From NCBI GenBank assembly GCA_964367645.1, contig CAYIYN010000004.1, positions 1 through 36,850 on the forward strand: DNA of 36,850 nt, given 5' to 3'. Below are positions 33,299 through 36,850 of the stretch, piece by piece. Source of the stretch: an uncultured Bacteroidaceae bacterium (lineage in GTDB: Bacteria; Bacillota; Clostridia; Christensenellales; CAG-917). The position numbers and the translations under genes are program-made. How positions within the stretch are numbered: the first letter of the stretch is position 1; every line of letters begins with the position of its first letter. The notes beneath the pieces were generated by a model that was given only the letters and a program-made list of their open reading frames with translations, did not search any database and was not told where the DNA came from.

Positions 33299-34735
33299 TC
33301 AATAACTCTTTGCGAAGTATAGGACTTTGCTTGCCGGTTTGCCGCAGTGGACGCAAGTTTCGCCAACGGGAGTTTGGTCAAACGGCATAACGCGGGAGGA
33401 CGCGGCTGTTTCGGCTTTGACGGCGTCTTCGCATTCTCGGCAGCCGCACCACATCGCTTTGACAAAATTTTGATTTTCAAGAGCGGCTTTCAGTTCTTCC
33501 ATATCTTTGCATACGGTTATATGAGAATGCAAGAAGTCTTGCGATTGTTTGAACATCGTTTCGTGGATATCGTCCAAGAGCGCGGGGATACCGTCTTTTA
33601 GCGCATCAATCGGCATTACGGATTTTTCATGAGTGTCGCGTCTGGCGAGAGTGACTTCTCCGTTTTCCAAATCGCGCGGTCCAATTTCCAGTCGTATGGG
33701 TGCGCCTTTCATTTCCCACTCGTTGAACTTCCAGCCGGCGGATTGGTCGCGGTTGTCAAGCTCCACCCTGACACCCTTGCTTGTCAGCATATCGGCTATT
33801 TCCTGCGCCTTTTCCAAAACTCCTTCTTTGTGGGTGGCAATAGGAATAATTGCAACCTGTACGGGAGCAACTCTCGGAGGAAGTTTTAGTCCGCGCTGAT
33901 CGCCGTGCGCCATTATAAGGGCGCCGATAAGTCTTGTGGAAACACCCCAACTGGTTTGATAAGGATTTTTGAGGACACCGTCACGGTCTAAAAATTTGAT
34001 TTCAAACGCCGACGCGAAGTTTTGTCCAAGATAATGCGTTGTGCCGGATTGCAGTGATTTGCCGTCTAGCATCATTGCTTCCATTGAATACGTTTCCACC
34101 GCTCCCGCAAATTTCTCTTTTTCGGTTTTTATCCCGATCAATACATCCACTGCAAGCACGTTTTGCATAAACTCTCGGTAAACTTCAAGCATTTTCAACG
34201 CTTCTTCGCGGGCTTCGGCTTCGGTTATATGGAGGGTATGTCCTTCCTGCCACAAAAATTCGCTGGTTCTAAGGAAGGGACGGGTTGTTTTTTCCCATCT
34301 GACAACGTTTGCCCACTGATTTATGAGCATAGGCAAATCGCGGTAACTGTGCACCCATTTGGCGTACATATCACAAATTATCGTTTCGGAAGTGGGACGC
34401 ACGACAAGTTTTTCTTCCAGTTCCTGATTGCCGACGTGTGTAACAAGCGCAACTTCGGGAGCAAATCCTTCAACGTGTTCAGCCTCTTTCATCAAATAAC
34501 TAAGAGGAATAAACATAGGGAAATAGGCGTTTTTATGCCCTGTCGCCTTAAAGCGTTTGTTAAGTTCTTCCTGAATGTGCTCCCAAATCTCGTATCCGTA
34601 AGGACGTATTACCATAGTTCCCTTGACGGGGCCGTAGTCAACGAGTTCGGTTTTCAAAATAACGTCGGTATACCACTGAGGGAAATCCTTGCTCATATCG
34701 GCTATTTCGGTTACAAAGCCTTGTTGTTTTGCCAT
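33299..34735 (-). CDS. proS: Proline--tRNA ligase, archaeal/eukaryote-like type
   Basis: KEAEHVEGFAPE, RPTSET, QWANVVRWE, FLWQEGHT, QTSWGVSTR, C-terminal Zn Cys and FAKSY; ATG 34735 after GAGG. Confidence 0.97.
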   Translation of the reverse strand: MAKQQGFVTEIADMSKDFPQWYTDVILKTELVDYGPVKGTMVIRPYGYEIWEHIQEELNKRFKATGHKNAYFPMFIPLSYLMKEAEHVEGFAPEVALVTHVGNQELEEKLVVRPTSETIICDMYAKWVHSYRDLPMLINQWANVVRWEKTTRPFLRTSEFLWQEGHTLHITEAEAREEALKMLEVYREFMQNVLAVDVLIGIKTEKEKFAGAVETYSMEAMMLDGKSLQSGTTHYLGQNFASAFEIKFLDRDGVLKNPYQTSWGVSTRLIGALIMAHGDQRGLKLPPRVAPVQVAIIPIATHKEGVLEKAQEIADMLTSKGVRVELDNRDQSAGWKFNEWEMKGAPIRLEIGPRDLENGEVTLARRDTHEKSVMPIDALKDGIPALLDDIHETMFKQSQDFLHSHITVCKDMEELKAALENQNFVKAMWCGCRECEDAVKAETAASSRVMPFDQTPVGETCVHCGKPASKVLYFAKSY

Positions 34736-34787
34736 AATTACCTCTAGTTCATTGCGTATTACGCGCAAATATTATCATAACGCAATG

Positions 34788-34819
34788 AAAAAAGCAACGA
34801 TAACGGTTATCGTTGCTTT
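34788..34819 (-). terminator. Terminator of the acidic-protein gene
   Basis: AAAGCAACGATAAC-G-GTTATCGTTGCTTT; U-tract on the minus strand. Confidence 0.8.
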
Positions 34820-34841
34820 CTGTTTATAGCCTTAATTGTCG

Positions 34842-35366
34842 TCATTCATCCTTTTTGCTGTTATCATCGGAGTCAGAATCGATGTCCTCTTCGTCTTCTT
34901 CGTCATCCTCAATATCGGTTTCGTCAAAGTCTATTATGGATTCGTCAAAATCGTCGATTTCACCGGCTGCCTCTTCATTTTCATCTGCGTCTTCTTCCGC
35001 CTCTTCTCCCTCTTCTTCGTCCTGAAGTTCGCTAAGAGGGATAGTTTCATCGTCAAAAATCGTATCGTCGACGGCATCTTCTTCAACTTCGGTCACTGCC
35101 CCTTCTTCGTCCCAAGGAATGTCGTCTTTTTCTTTTTTGGAAATTTGTTCCTCACGGCACACAGGGCACATTTCTTCATCACCGTCAAGGAAGTTCACTT
35201 TGCATATAGGACAGATTTTGGATTCAAACATTTCCTCGTCATCTTCGTCCTCAAGCAACGCGATTGAACTTTCTTTGCCCATTTCCGCTTTGCAAACTTC
35301 GCAAAGTTCCGCTTCTTCTAAAATCCAATTAAGTTCACAGCGCGGGCACTTTTTATATCTGGCCAT
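34842..35366 (-). CDS. Hypothetical protein with duplicated 4-Cys zinc-finger unit and very acidic tail
   Basis: CPRC-x11-CEVC and CPIC-x11-CPVC; D/E-rich C-terminal half; ATG 35366 after GAGGTG. Confidence 0.85.
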   Translation of the reverse strand: MARYKKCPRCELNWILEEAELCEVCKAEMGKESSIALLEDEDDEEMFESKICPICKVNFLDGDEEMCPVCREEQISKKEKDDIPWDEEGAVTEVEEDAVDDTIFDDETIPLSELQDEEEGEEAEEDADENEEAAGEIDDFDESIIDFDETDIEDDEEDEEDIDSDSDDNSKKDE

Positions 35367-35394
35367 GCATCCACCTCTTGCCAATTTTTCATAT

Positions 35395-35423
35395 ATTATA
35401 TTTAGATGTCTTGATATTGTAAA
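35395..35423 (-). promoter_or_regulatory. Sigma-A promoter
   Basis: TTTACA-N17-TATAAT. Confidence 0.75.
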
Positions 35424-35520
35424 CTGTTTTTTTGAAAATAATTCTTAAATAAATACTTAATTATTTTTGTAGCGTTAAAAAGATGCACGGCAAACTCCTT
35501 GTGAGCAAATTTTGTATAAA

Positions 35521-35753
35521 TCGACACGCAAAAAAAATCATTGCAAAAACTTTGATTTTTTGCATAAATTCATAAAAATATCTACACTTAGTGATTTTTC
35601 ACCATTTTTTTACAATATTTAGCTATAAAATAAATTCCAAAAATAATTATTGCACAGCACTATCCCATTATGATAGTATTGACAAGTTGACATGACTCGA
35701 CAAAACCTTATTCAAATCACACAAACATTATAAAGCATTTACAAAAATCGACA
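35521..35753. promoter_or_regulatory. Three Spo0A-box-like sites upstream of spo0A
   Basis: TCGACA at 35521, 35697 and 35748, each 6/7 of TTCGACA. Confidence 0.55.
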
Positions 35754-35837
35754 AAAGAACCCAATAGATTGCTCTTTTATCCTTTTGCGTCCGAATTTTG
35801 TCCGTGCTAGAATACACTTATTAATTCAGGGAGGATT

Positions 35838-36587
35838 ATGATGAGAAGGACTATTGTTATAGCCGATGACAACACGGGTTTGGTGTCAAGTTTGAAAGAT
35901 TTTTTTGAACAGGACGGCAGTTATATGGTGGTTGGAACTGCGGAGAACGGCGTGGAGGCGCTAGCCTTGGTGGACAAATACCAGCCGGATTTTTTGCTCT
36001 TGGACATAGTTATGCCCAAACTGGACGGTTTTGGTGTTCTAACCGCTCTAAATCATTCGCGCCCCACGGTAATTATGATGTCGCAATTGGCAACTGACGG
36101 TTTTGTGCAAAAGGCATTACGCTACGGAGCGGGATATTTTCTAGCAAAGCCATTCAATTTTGAAACGCTAAGAAACACTCTCGATGAATTTTCTTCGACT
36201 GATATCACCATAAAACGCACGCGTTTCCCATCGCCCAACCGCAATTTGGACGAAAAAATAGCAAATTTGTTTATTTCTGTCGGCATTCCGGCACATATCA
36301 AAGGTTATCAGTATCTGCGTGAAGCAATAAAAATGACAGTGGATAATCCCGACATAATCGGAAGTATAACAAAAAAGTTGTATCCAACAATAGCCGATCG
36401 TTTTGCAACGTCTTCCTCAAAAGTTGAGCGCGCAATACGTCACGCTATAGAAGTGGCTTGGAATAGGGGTAAAATTGAAAATATCAATCAGATTTTCGGC
36501 ATAAAAGTTTATGCCCCCAACGAAAAGCCCACAAACGGCGAATTTATCGCCCTCATCGCCGACAAAATGCTCCTTGAAGGCGCTTGA
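35838..36587 (+). CDS. spo0A: Sporulation master regulator Spo0A
   Basis: Receiver (IADDN, LDIVMPKLDG, KPF); GIPAHIKGYQYLREAI, ITKKLYP, SKVERAIRHAIEVAW, KPTNGEFIA. Confidence 0.98.
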   Translation: MMRRTIVIADDNTGLVSSLKDFFEQDGSYMVVGTAENGVEALALVDKYQPDFLLLDIVMPKLDGFGVLTALNHSRPTVIMMSQLATDGFVQKALRYGAGYFLAKPFNFETLRNTLDEFSSTDITIKRTRFPSPNRNLDEKIANLFISVGIPAHIKGYQYLREAIKMTVDNPDIIGSITKKLYPTIADRFATSSSKVERAIRHAIEVAWNRGKIENINQIFGIKVYAPNEKPTNGEFIALIADKMLLEGA

Positions 36588-36850
36588 TGTGATACTCATC
36601 TGACAAACAACGCAAATTGTCAAATATAAGATACAATTATTCGTATTTTTGCGATTAATTTAACCGCATCTATACTATAAAACGCGCACTCGCTCATTAT
36701 GAAGTTGCGGACACGAGCCTTACGGCGGGGACACACTCGGCTCTCGCACATTAAGTATCGTCGCCTCATTATGCCACTTGGCATAGCGGCAAAAGGGGGG
36801 CACCCCCACCGCACAAAGGCACGCGAATGGCAAATTGAGTTATTTGATAG

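Noticed and set aside
34736-34841. T-box leader before proS (also checked before alaS)
   Set aside because: No GGTGGnACCGCG T-box motif and the intergenic space is too short; the hairpin fits a terminator of the upstream gene.
34163-35448. Plus-strand ORFs including poly-Ser ones
   Set aside because: Reverse-complement artefacts of proS and the Asp/Glu-rich gene.

Overview
A gene-dense chromosomal window from a spore-forming Clostridia-like Firmicute (spo0A, sigH, spoIIR, sleB-ypeB, yabP-yabQ), with no mobile element, CRISPR array, rRNA or tRNA that I can support. It also carries housekeeping genes (short alaS, archaeal/eukaryote-type proS, mrnC-rlmB, rpsF-ssb-rpsR), metabolic operons and several uncharacterised Cys-rich proteins. 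The best candidate for an undescribed system is the first operon. There, a class III ribonucleotide reductase of the redoxin-dependent type (MCCRL) carries a fused C-terminal CPNC redoxin domain. It is followed by a TrxB-like flavoprotein that has lost both NADPH-binding motifs, then by the radical-SAM activase. I infer a self-contained, NADPH-independent (possibly ferredoxin/flavodoxin-fed) electron chain for anaerobic dNTP synthesis. Other notable items are a CsfG-like sRNA candidate, a lipobox-bearing SpoIIR, a TetR-linked glycerophosphodiester operon with a BON-fused GlpA-like flavoprotein, a repeat-rich structured rocD leader, several apparently leaderless transcripts and short tandem repeats downstream of genes. 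All calls come from motif recognition by eye; no searches were run.
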